NCBI GenBank assembly: GCA_036172245.1
Contig: JAYWIR010000025.1
Coordinates: 372,001-436,000 of the forward strand
Source of the DNA: Raillietiella orientalis
Lineage: Eukaryota
Direction of reading: 5' to 3'
Length of the DNA: 64,000 bases
In this document: piece by piece, positions 39,301 to 51,400 of the stretch
Layout: each line of letters begins with the position of its first letter
Position numbering within the stretch: position 1 is the first letter of the stretch
Made by a program: the position numbers and the translations under genes
The notes under the pieces: model-generated
Database searches by the model: none
Seen by the model: the letters and a program-made list of their open reading frames with translations, nothing else
Told to the model about the DNA's origin: nothing

Positions 39301-42300
39301 CCTTTTGCGCAGACATGATTGACAAGCAAATACGTGTATGTCTCCGTATTAATAAACTCGAAAAAAAATTATTCATGTGCTTTTCTGGTCCAGTACGGAA
39401 GTGTTTGCGAATGTTCTGCTCCGTAAATACAATAATCGAACTGACACAGTGTATTGTGTTCAAGTACTTCAAAATTTTATTCAATTGGAGAGCACAAATT
39501 TTTGATCTCCTTAGCTCTTGACTCTGAAACCGGTCCAATCAAAGATAATGCTCACGCAATCGAGAGGAGTGTACTTTTGCTGTGATTTGAGGCTTCCTTG
39601 GTACAGTGTAGGGGAAACATGGGCGGAAAGAAAGATTTGAAGGGGAATAAGAAGAAGAAGGGGGGGGGGGGACGAAAGGAATGATAAGCATATTTGTAAG
39701 GGTATCGCCGATTCATTTGAGAAAAGTTCGATGGAAAGGAATGATGGTTGCGAAGAAACATGATGGAACAAGCGACTATAGTCTCCAGACTACGTAAACT
39801 GAATTCATGACGAACAAGCGAACCTAGGAGACGAACTGAAAGCTTTCTTTCACGAGGAATGAAATCGCTCTTTCACAAATGTCACATCTTTCGAAGAGTG
39901 ATGGTAAGAATGAAACTTGCGCGACGCACGGACTTCATTTGCAATTAAGGTAACAGTCTTCATGTTAAGATTATGAAACGCCAAAGAAATCTCAGTTTTT
40001 AACCAGGTTTCCACATTAATAAAATGGCAAATTGTATAAACGTTTCTTCATCTAGAAAGACGCCTGCCGTTTCCAAAGTTCGAGCCATCATCAAGAATAA
40101 ATAAGGCTTTAGCATAATTTTGAAAGCCATTCTCCATCACATATATAAAAAAATCATGCCTTATGCGCAAAAACTGTTGAAGAGTTTCGTGGTTCTGTTT
40201 ATATTATAGCAAATAATAAATGCAGCCTTTGCTTTGCTTTCCCACCGTTTCGTGTGCCGAGCCGTTTTTCTAAGTGGCCTTGAACTAAACTGTGCAATTG
40301 ATCATGTGTAGGCAATTCAGGACTCCTCAAGGGGAAAAGTGTCCGTAATTTGAGCGTAAAAAATTGGATATTTTTTTCCCATTCTTTCAAGACCGCAAGA
40401 ATACAGCTCCAGCTCCTTAAGGCTGGCCATAGCTTTCTAATACATTTGATTCGGTTAACTTTGAAGTAAAATTAGAAGACTTGCTTTTATGAGCGACAAC
40501 TGCTTGGAAACCGAACAGGAACCGTAGATTCTTATTCAATATAAATCACCCGGTTGCAGATCCAAACATTCAGCGCTGCTGCAGCACGTTATCAAACTCC
40601 TGCTAATAAATGAAAAGTGGAAAATGCTTCCAATATTCTCTACGCTCTTTTCATCCAACATCCAACACTGATGCACATTTTATTTCCTGTCCAGGAGGAA
40701 CATTTTGCCACAATCATGTGAAACCATGTTGTGACAAATCTGGAAAAGATACATTGCCCTGATTCTCTAAAAATTGACCTGTCAGGCATTTGAGAATGAG
40801 ATTAGTGAACAGTTTCCTGTTCTAATCTGATTTGCTGTTTAATTTAGTTCTACGTAAAACTATGGAATCCTCCTCATTACTACGCCACATGTGATACATA
40901 ACACCGAGCATCATATTTTATAAGTGATGCGATAATCCTGAAGATAAGGTGGGATCTTTGTAGGGAAAAAAAAGGAAAAAAAATGCTGCTGCGTTATCTT
41001 GAGAACGCATTTTGTTGAGCTCTGGGCGTCCCGAAAGCACCGCACTGCACTACTTTCAATTCGTTCAACATGGCAGCGCCCTTTCACAGGGAAACAGGAA
41101 TCAAACTTTTAAAAGGGGTAACACATACGACGAGGTTTAAACTTCCTCAAAACTTAGAAAATATGGATTTCCATAAAAATGGACACATGGGTAAAAAGAA
41201 AAAAATCGTGAAAATGCACCAAACTGAGGAATTGTAGACATGCGTGAACCCGAAATGTTTTTGCAGCCTTGACAGAATACATCAATGCAGTTTTACATAA
41301 ACCGGTTTTTCTTCCAGTCCAGGATTGCATATGTCTACACTCATCACTCTTGGTCTCCTATTACTTTTGATGCGTCACGACGAGGAAATAGCTTACGAAA
41401 AATAAATCGGGGAAACTGCTTCGAATTGAGGGAATCCTTACTAACTGCGTTATCATTATGTACGCACTGTGATAATTTTTGGTACATCATCACTCAATCT
41501 TTTAGTCTTGGTGCGTGAGGTTGCTCCTGTTTTTTTTTTTCCTTTTCCTGTTGCTATCTACAACTTTCATAAAATTTTCACTGTTAACCCCCATATGATT
41601 TCAACCAGTGCCCCCTGGGAAACTAGAAAAGGCAATCTCAAAACTCGTTACCATTTGGGGTCCATTTTCTCAATTATACCATTTAGCAACCCCTATTATG
41701 CTTGGAAACGTCAAACATGGCCTCACTCAAAAGTATTATTGCAAAAATGGATTTGGCAAGCAATACTTAGTTAAGAAACAAGTTCTTGAATGAATGGCTC
41801 ACAAAAAATACAGAGTTGAAGAACTGGAGGAAAAAGTTGAATGTTGATAGCATTTTTTTTAAAGAAGGATTTAACTTCTGAAGAAATCCGTGTATCGTCT
41901 TGTGCAAAAAATGCACTGAAACAATACTGTTGCTAAAATTATGAACTCGCGCATTCAATCAAGTGGTTTAGAAACAAACACAATTCATGCTCTGTAGTAT
42001 AAACTTAAAGTCTTATTAATTGCAAGATGCATAACATCTATGAATCATTCCATTTGTTTATGGAGCTTCCCTAGTCCAATTGCTCTAGTTTTTCAGACAA
42101 ACAACAAACTCATTTGACTCTTATTAGCTTCTTCGGGGCTGTAAATTCGATCGTTTGTGTGTGCCATCAGCAAAAGACAAGTACATCTTTTTATCCTTGT
42201 GGCACAAGTGAAAACAAAAAATAGAAAGAGGCAATTATGCACAGACTTACATAAGATACATACATGCATGTGTTTCTATACATGATCACATATACATATA

Positions 42301-42942
42301 TGCTATTACAAAACAACATGCTTCTATTTGAATTTGTTATAACACAATGCTCATGCAACAGATGGTTTGGTAACAAACGGTCAAGTTCAAATCCACTAAT
42401 TTGAAACCAATCAAGGTTACATTGCGAAAGTAATTGTAAAACGAGAACCAGATTTATCTCTATTGCTTCTTAAAGCATTACTTACTTGATAACTAAAACG
42501 AATTCAATACAATACTGTGTACTAACTAGTATTGATTATGTTTTTCATTTTTATACCACCTTGACCTTTCATATTATTCAGAAAGTTGAGTGATGATGTT
42601 CATTTATTGATGCAAGTACTTCAAAACGAACTTCATAGTAGCATCACCAATCTTGCCTATAGGACTCTAGAGCACTGTGCCAATTTCTCTTTACAATGCA
42701 CATCTGCATTCAGGAAAAACATCAAAGATTTAAAAATGATACACTCTTGATGCAGAAATTACAAATTGTAATAGAATATTATTCACTAAACCAGTACCAC
42801 AAGACAAAACAACTATTCATAATGGGCTTGCATAAATCCTGATATACACAAATGTATTATAATGCAGATCTGCTTTTAACACTTGATTAGGTAGAATTGC
42901 AGCTTCTACCAAGCTCCCAAAACAACAAAGCAATCGATAAGC

Positions 42943-43921
42943 TTACTTCTTTCTCTTGCCTGATGTTGAACTACTAAAAGCAAGCATTTGTGGAATAGTT
43001 TGCTAAATTAAGCAACTACCGTTTAGATGATTTCTTATCAGCTGAATCCTCGTCTTTCTGATCTTGGGTTTTAATCTTTTTTGTTGAGTTACTAGGAGAA
43101 TCTACAAAAAAATTTATTATCTACAAGCACTTTCTGTCACCTTCCATATCAGAGCATCCTTGCATTTTCGAGTATGCATCAGAAGCCATAAGTTTTTTGT
43201 TTATCAGATGCTTAAATTCTTCTTCTGGTAATTCAAATTCAGTATTATGATTGGGAAATGGAATTACTTCGGATTCATCCTATACAGAATTGGGAAAACT
43301 TAATAATTGATAATCTTCAATCTTACCAGTGCTTGAAGGTCGTACATAGATTCCAAATGTTTCCAAATCACTTTTGATGACACATACTTATTGAGAGCAC
43401 TACAAAATTTATCATGGATGCAGGCCATTTGAAAATACTTGTTTATGCCTGCAAAAACGTATTACTGGAAAAATTCATTTATCTGACAAAACAAAAATAC
43501 AGTCAACCAGGTACAAATGTGATTATTATTGCAATGCCATGATACTGTAACACAAGGTAGTGTGCATTGGAAAGTTTAATATGCCCCATGCTTCAGAAAC
43601 TTACATGGCTTCGTATTGTACAAAAGATAAAAACAAACGCTACACCCAATATTTTCGATTTTCTGCCCATTCGGTTAATTTAAATCATAATGTTTACATG
43701 TCTTCCATAGAGCATATTCTTTTAAAATTTGAAATGTTGCTGATAATTGGACGGAAAGAACATATCGGGATATACCGTTTTTGACACATACCAACAGGCT
43801 TATGGCCATTCATGGCGTAAAACAGCAGGACTTCTGTTTCCACATTCCAATCAATTTCTTGGTCACTATCTTTGGATGAATTACTATTGGGACTTCTATC
43901 CTTAAAATCTCGAATGCCCAT
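42943..43921 (-). CDS. MRGBP: MRG/MORF4L-binding protein (Eaf7 family, NuA4/Tip60 subunit), 5 exons, about 167 aa
   Basis: Exons 43921-43792, 43448-43327, 43279-43141, 43101-43020 and 42973-42943, total 504 nt in frame. Motifs: [54 protein letters not shown]...FELP, basic tail GKRKK. Confidence 0.93.
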
Positions 43922-46413
43922 ATTTAAAGTAGAAGCAAAATTTATGTTTGCACCAAATGTACGTTATTCATCTTCACATGTTATAAATTTCACATGACAC
44001 GCTAAAACTGTTCACAAGTGCTTCCATACTTAGTTCTTATCACAGGATGCCTTTGTATTTGCTTTCCAAAAAAAAACCATGCTTACCAACAGTATCTCTC
44101 TCATTATAACATCCGTTGAACTGACAAATTTGTTAGGAATGTAAACAAGCAACTAAAATCAATCAAAACATAAAGATTACATAAATTTAAACCCATATAT
44201 ATATATGAAAACTGAAAGAAAAGAAGGCAATAACTGAATACGAAATACAAAAGAATATCAGAATACTTTATTAATTTACAAATAAATCAAAACACAAATC
44301 CGATTACACATATTTGTAGTTGAGTGCATATCCTTCAGAATCGAGTTTATGTATTTCCCGATGAATACTACCATGAACTGAAGGCATCCTACGAATATTT
44401 TTTGCTCTGTCGTATCATGTTTCTATTCACATGTATTTGATGTCTGAACCAGCTTCTAGATCTTATTGGCTCACGTTAAAATAAACTACAGAGAAGTTAA
44501 TGAAGGAGGAAGTCTCGAAAAGAAAGCCATGGCTATTTTGCACAGTGCGATTAATGAAATTCTCCAGAGTATGGTTTAGAACTTGCTCAGATTTTCAGAT
44601 TTCGAAAATGGAACATTGGACTAACGAACCGAGAAATCGATAGATTTGTCTAGAAATATGATGTTTAAACAATCATCAAAGGCTCATATCAGAAGAAAAA
44701 TCAATTAATTGTTGTGCACAGAAACGTAAAAACTTAAAGATAATTAAGCTATCCCCAAAACGTGCGTTAGTACCAGCATGGGGTCTTTGAACAAAGAAGT
44801 AAACATTTATTTCTCAGAAGGAAAACGTTTGCACTGAATCAAAGCTGGATTAAAGCCTTCGAAGAATTTGAATTTAACAAATTCGAATTTTCCAGAAACC
44901 TGTTTCCATATTGTGGATGTAACTGTAGAGTAGTTACTTCCAATTATCTCGCACAATTTAGTAGCAGCAAAAGTAGTCATCCATAAAATTTCTGAGGAAT
45001 TTTCTTAATTGCCTTTCGGCATGAAAACATTGTGAACATTTCCATCCTTAATGGTTTTACTTCAGATTAAAGTTTTAATTGTATAGTTGCTCTTATTATT
45101 TATCGAAAGCATATGCTTTTAGAGGATTTGTTTTCATTTGCTTTGTGAACAGAGCAAAACCTTTTAGCTATTGTAGCAAGAACCTCTATTATCAAGATTT
45201 CACATGCTTTTCAAATTTATATTAATTTTAAATGGAGCATCAACAGTTGTTCCACTTTTATAAGTGTGAGAAAAAGATGAGATTTTAGTGCAAGAATGAA
45301 GTATGAAAACTGCCTTAAAATATGTGATAATAGCATTCATGAAACAGTGCATTTTGTTTACAGAAATTATTTACTTCTTACCTAATTCTGCAAGGAATTA
45401 ATTGAAGCAATTTCAGCGAGCATGTCCCATTTGTCGAGCTGAGAGTTTTTAAAAATATTCTGTGAGTAAGGGTTTTCATTGCATAGAGAGACTGGTTTTA
45501 AGGGGTAGACTCTCACGATTTAATTTCTTTCTATTTAACAAAACAAGATGTGTTTTCAGTGGTTAATATCGATTGATATTAAGAATTTTGTAAAAAATTT
45601 GATTCTCTGCAAATTCATAAAGTCACATGAAATGGTCTTTTTCAAACGTATTTTTTTTGATCACTAAAAATAAAGTATTATTCCTTCCGAGAAGTTGAAA
45701 ATTTCTTTACACAAATAGTAGAAAACAGAAAAAATAGGTTAGATTATTAAATTACAACTTGAACTATCCTTAAAACAAAGATGGCCCTGACATCATACCT
45801 GACATCACAAATACAACTTTTGATCAGCGAATTATTCGACTTTGCATAATAACGTGTATCTGTAGATCTATCAGTACATCCTTGAAATAGACTTTAGTAA
45901 TTAGACTGTGAGATGAAATACTTCCATTCATCATCGAATTGTCTTGATGTGATCCACATAACAGTAGTGTATTGGATTTAAGAATTTTGTGTGTCATCCT
46001 TATTAGATTCAACAGAAAGCAAGCAAACGGCCCTTATATTACTATATAGTTATTCATCATTCGGATGGAAAATAATATGTTTTAATGTTAAGCTATGCAA
46101 AGTACACAGAATTGTCAACGCTGTTTAAATATCAAACATTAATTTTTCAAACATTACGATGAAGAAATAGAAACCAATGTAGGAAAAATGTCAAAAATTG
46201 CGAAGAAAAGTCTATGGTGATAGATTAAATGGGTTTGGGACAACTGATATTATATTTGCATTCAAAAGTTTCTGGAGTTTATGTGAGCGTTAATTGTTAT
46301 GAAATTTATTTCTTGAGATACATGTGAGCATAGGGATCTGCCTTTTAATTGTCACATAGATCTTCAAGGGTGTTCCTCTGTAATATATGCTATACTAATT
46401 AATGTCCATTGAT

Positions 46414-47012
46414 TATAGTTAAAGAACAGGGTTACACTGAAATCCACCACCTCTTATAATTTCATCATAATTTGTTGCTTAAACACAATCTAAACATTAT
46501 GAAAACAATATAGTATACATACTTTGCTTTGTGATTTGATCATGGAAAGTAATTAATTAAATTGTCCTCTATGTATCAGCAAGCATTAACAAAACAGATC
46601 TTTTTGTCATTCAGATTCATGCTCACAGTTTAAATTTTCGTTTCACACAAGCATAGATATGCGTTATACAATACAGTACTTATAAAGAAATGTATGTTTA
46701 TATCTGCTAATATCAAAGAAGACATTATAATCTTATGAATTTGTTTTACTCTATTCACTGTTCAATTGAAAAGAGAAATTTGATACTTCGTTGGATTTTA
46801 TACGAGCGGAGAGGTGTTTTTCCTTTACAACTGGAAACGTTCCTTGTTGAAAAAATTTCTGGATTCTCCGATTTTTCCTTTCTTATTCTGGAGAGAGCAC
46901 CATAATATGAATTTGAAATTTTTTTTGATCAAACTGGAACTATAGTAAGCCGGTGGGAACATATACCCGGGATTATGTGGTGCCAACAGTGTAACCCTGT
47001 TCTACCACTATA
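46414..47012. mobile_element. MITE-like element with terminal inverted repeats and TA flanks (Tc1/mariner-like)
   Basis: AGAACAGGGTTACACTG (46423-46439) is the exact reverse complement of 46987-47003. The outer ends TATAGT...ACTATA also pair. About 600 bp, non-coding. Confidence 0.7.
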
Positions 47013-47392
47013 TACAATCCAGGTAGAGGTTTCGAATTTTGTCTCAAAAGTGAAAATTATTTCTTTTAGAGATTTTAAATGAATTTTTAAGTAAATTATG
47101 CTATTTTATTTTGTAATTCGGTTAATGTTGTCTTATGAGTAACATTCCATTTAGTCTGCCTTATGCAGATGTGACAGGATGTGATAGTATTCTGTAATAT
47201 AATAAATGTCAAAGTTTTTATATTAGGTGGTCATTGGACTGCTATTACGCCAATAGTAAAACGACATGTAGCCGAATGTTTGTTGGACTACGTGTATGCT
47301 TGTCATGTTGGATCTTAAGAAAAATGCGGATGAATTCGTATGTATGACGTGTTTTGGTATAACTAAAATATTTTTGATAGTAGATAAAGAAC

Positions 47393-48315
47393 ATGGTTAA
47401 ACTATATGGAATTAGCATATTTTATAAGAGAAATGACGTCATTTGCCTGAAATCATGCTTTGACTTGCAGTCTTTTGGTTATTTTCAAAGAAACACAGTT
47501 AAAGAATTTATGGAGTTCACATCAAAACTAGTGGTGGAAAGATCTGTTATACCCTCTCAACAGTCTGTGAAGGAAGGAGGTACGATGAAATCATTATATG
47601 AACTAATAAAATTATGGAATAATTTTCTCTTAAATGACCATTTCTTGAATTTCTATTTGTTGATTCACAAGTAAAGAGCTGTAATGAAACCTTTCTTAAT
47701 AACAGTCAAAGAAATATATGCATTTGAAATCTTTGTGATCTCCAGATTGTATTTTTTTGACATTTTCGGATATTTCTCAAAAATAATTTTGAACTTACCA
47801 TAAACTTGTAGAGTACATGTGCCATGCATACATTAGAGCTGATGGACTTGGAGGAGTGGTCATATCAGATTTAGAGTACCCTACTCGAGTGGCACATAGA
47901 CTTTTGAAAAAGGTCAGAGTTTTGCTGTTAAATGTCTTGAACAGAAGTTTAGATTTTAGATGAATTTATTGCCAAAGTACCACAAAATGAATGGTCAACT
48001 GGAAAACCAGTTTCCTTTGATAAATTGGAAGTTATGCTAAACACATATCAAAACCCTCAAGAGGCTGATGCTATGACAAAAATTCAGAGTGATCTGGATG
48101 AAACAAAGATAATTCTAGTGAGACATTTCATGCTGATTGCTGAACATAACTTTCTGTTTTTGTTTTTACTATTTTAGCACAATACTATTGAAGCTGTGCT
48201 CCAAAGGGGTGAAAAGTTAGATGATCTTGTAGCAAAATCAGAAATGTTAAGTCTCCAATCAAAGACATTCTATAAAACAGCTAAGAAAACTAATAGTTGC
48301 TGTAGTTATGGTTGA
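47393..48315 (+). CDS. YKT6: Synaptobrevin homolog Ykt6 (longin R-SNARE), 4 exons, about 196 aa
   Basis: Exons 47393-47579, 47812-47912, 47953-48117 and 48178-48315, total 591 nt in frame. Motifs: [78 protein letters not shown]. Confidence 0.97.
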
Positions 48316-48471
48316 ACACCATTCCTGACTAACTTACTATTATCATATTCATTTATTGATATTTCAGCGTATAAGGAAGGAATAAAATCATCAAATCATG
48401 ATGCATGACAAGATTTCTGTATTGATAATATCAAGCTCATCGTAATGCACAATTTAGTGGTCATTTACTGA

Positions 48472-51400
48472 TTAAGCAATTTTTTTGTCTGGAGATTGTT
48501 GAATATCTAATGATTTATGCAGAAGCATATCATTATCGGAGTTCATGTCCAAAGATTCCATACAACTTCCCCCTTGAACTCTTGCCCAAGTGTCAGAATT
48601 GAATTCCTTCAAATCACTGCTTTCAAGATTCACCATGCTATTTGTAAACAATGGTCTAGAAGGACCCAATGGGGGAGGAGGGGTCTGTTCTAAGTTACTG
48701 ACACTAGCCTTGGCTGACAGAGACATGTTGAAATCCAATTTCTCGAAAGTCTCCCAACTGTTTTTTCTGCTAACCGGCTGACTCTTAGCTCGAGAAATAT
48801 ACAAGTCTTTGAAACCACTTCTCCTGTGACCATGTTGTGAACGATGTTTTTCAATATAATCACAGGCTTTTCCCAGTAATACGATGTTAATTACAATGTG
48901 TAGAGTGGCCAGCCAAATGAAAAAAAAAATCAGGAGGAGGACTGATACAAGACTGTCAAAAGTGAAGGACTGATATACAATACGAATGAGGAGCACTGCT
49001 AATGGAATAGGAATGAATCCCATGCGACGGGATACAAGATCTGAATAATCTGAAAACGCCTACGCCCATTGGAGTTTGATTTTCTTTACATTCTTACTTG
49101 TTTGTGCTTACTAGAAGCTAAGTCATATGCCAAGGAAAGAGTAAAGTCTTGATATACATTTGCATGGATCTCATTAAAGCGAGTAATGAAAGCATGTTTC
49201 AACCAATCTATTAGAAATTCACACCACAACACAGTAATGCAGTCGGGAAGCAGGATCCAGAAGCGATCTGAAAAAAGCATTCCTATCAGGGTGTGCTTAT
49301 TTCACTTGCCTGCAGACCAGTTGTATTCCTTTAGTGTTTGGATAACTACTAACAGCAATAAAACACATAAATGAAATCTTTCCCGTACATCATTGCAAGA
49401 CAGTTGGAATAAGTTGCTTTTGTCGAATTTTTTAAAGACACTGCCTTTCAATTCAACAAACTGATGTATCATTCAGCTACAACTAAGTGAAATTCGTAAC
49501 ATTACTTCACAACTCACATTATTTGACAGCATAATTGTGAGTAGAACTTTATTCCTGGAATTGATGGCCACATTGAGAGTTGTTGCTTGGAATAGTACCA
49601 GCACAGCATGCAGGACTGATACAATTAACGAAACAAATGCACTCTATCATTAAATAAAAGGATACACACATAGATGATAGCTAAGAAAAGATGTGGTAAA
49701 ACGCCTAGGTGCTCTCGCTTGCGACCACGAGGTTCAGTTGCTGTCCACATCAATGCATCCAAAGTATCTTGGCCAAATGCTGAAAAGAGTCTATCTCCAA
49801 CCTACAGCAAAGCACCATTATTCAAGCACAATTTTACATTATTGCAAAACTATTAATAGACAATCTTTAATTTTAAAGCGAATTATTGATTCAGTGCAAT
49901 TGTTTGACAAAAACTTGTAAGCTACTCATGGTCATGCTAACTTCATACTTTGTTTGCTTTTGAATTTCTTGTCACAATCAAATACTAAAAACGTGCTGAC
50001 AATAAAAATACGTCATTATAGTCTTGTACATCCCTACTTTATACCCAAGGAGCGCCAAATTATAGACAAATTTTAAACCAAAATCTCATTCTCTACCATT
50101 CCTGTTCAACAAGAGCCTCAAGAAATGGCTAATAAAACATATGCTCAAACACCTGATAAATAAATTTCATGCACTTTCATGTGTTTGAAATGACATCTAT
50201 ATGGAAGTGGTAAAGTATGGTAAAGTGTCAAAAGCATCCAGGACTGTAGTCTTGCATGCTTTTGCATACATGTAACATTTGTATTTGCAGAGGTAGCAAT
50301 ATGTAATTTGAGCACACTAAAGTTCACATAAGTAATAAGTTTCAGATAATTGTTTCAAACCGAATACTGTATGTGATTTACCTCCTTTTTCTTTGTGTTT
50401 TGCAGTTTCAACTTAAATGATTAAAGCCAATGGCAATGGTTTTACACAGTAGATCGTAATAAAAATGATTTCAATGTATAAAGATTACCTTGCACACATA
50501 TTATATTGTATAAGATTTGAAGAAACTACATAAACAAAAATCTAGCGATCCATAAAAAGTTCCATGGTGAGAGAATGCCACAAATGTACATTTTGTTGTG
50601 ACAGTATAATACATGATCCCTCAAAAAGTGTCTGATAAAATTTATAAAGTTCGGATACACTCTCAACAAGATAATGAATTAGGTTTCAAGTTAATTTTCC
50701 ATTTCCGAAATAAACAAATCGTCACGTTTAATCTGCGAAGAAGAAAAAAAATTTTGCTTTGATTTCCTATTTAGGTTTTATCTGAACTACAAGAGCACCA
50801 TGGTAGACATTTTGTCAATGGATATCTCAAGCATGATGTTCAAATACAAAAATCTTAAAAGCAGCCATCACAAAAGCAGTTTCCGGGAGAAGAGGAACTA
50901 CTACATTATGCTGTTCCATACACTACTGTTGCAAACAATCATGGTTTTCCTGGTAACTGTTGTTCTCTATGCACTTAAAACAATTTGAAGCATCTAAAAA
51001 TTACTGCTCGATGTCTTAGAAATAAATTTAAGCAAACTTTCTACTAAAATGAGGGGCAAACATTATTGCAATTTCAAACTAAATTACCTATGCATTCCAA
51101 GTAAAATAGAAGTGCAAAACTCACAAGCTCACAAAATGTGTACTGCACAAAATCATAAAAATGTCTAAACCTGAAATGTGAACTAAAGGAATAATTATGT
51201 ATTCCTTTAGTTCACATTTCAGGTCAGACAAGTAAATAAAGTTATTCAATGCACTTTTAACCCAAAACAAACTTTAATGATTGACAATGCATGATAAATT
51301 GGCTTAGGGCGTACAACTTTAATTTATTAACTAGTAATATAATGGTATATATAAACATGGTATGTAAAAAGTAATGAAAATATAATTATTATATGGACAT

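Noticed and set aside
38300..40450. Possible hAT/Charlie-like transposase traces (HTK.W and FP.L on the minus strand, CSLC...PS..TK on the plus strand)
   Set aside because: Motifs are too eroded and short to support a feature call.
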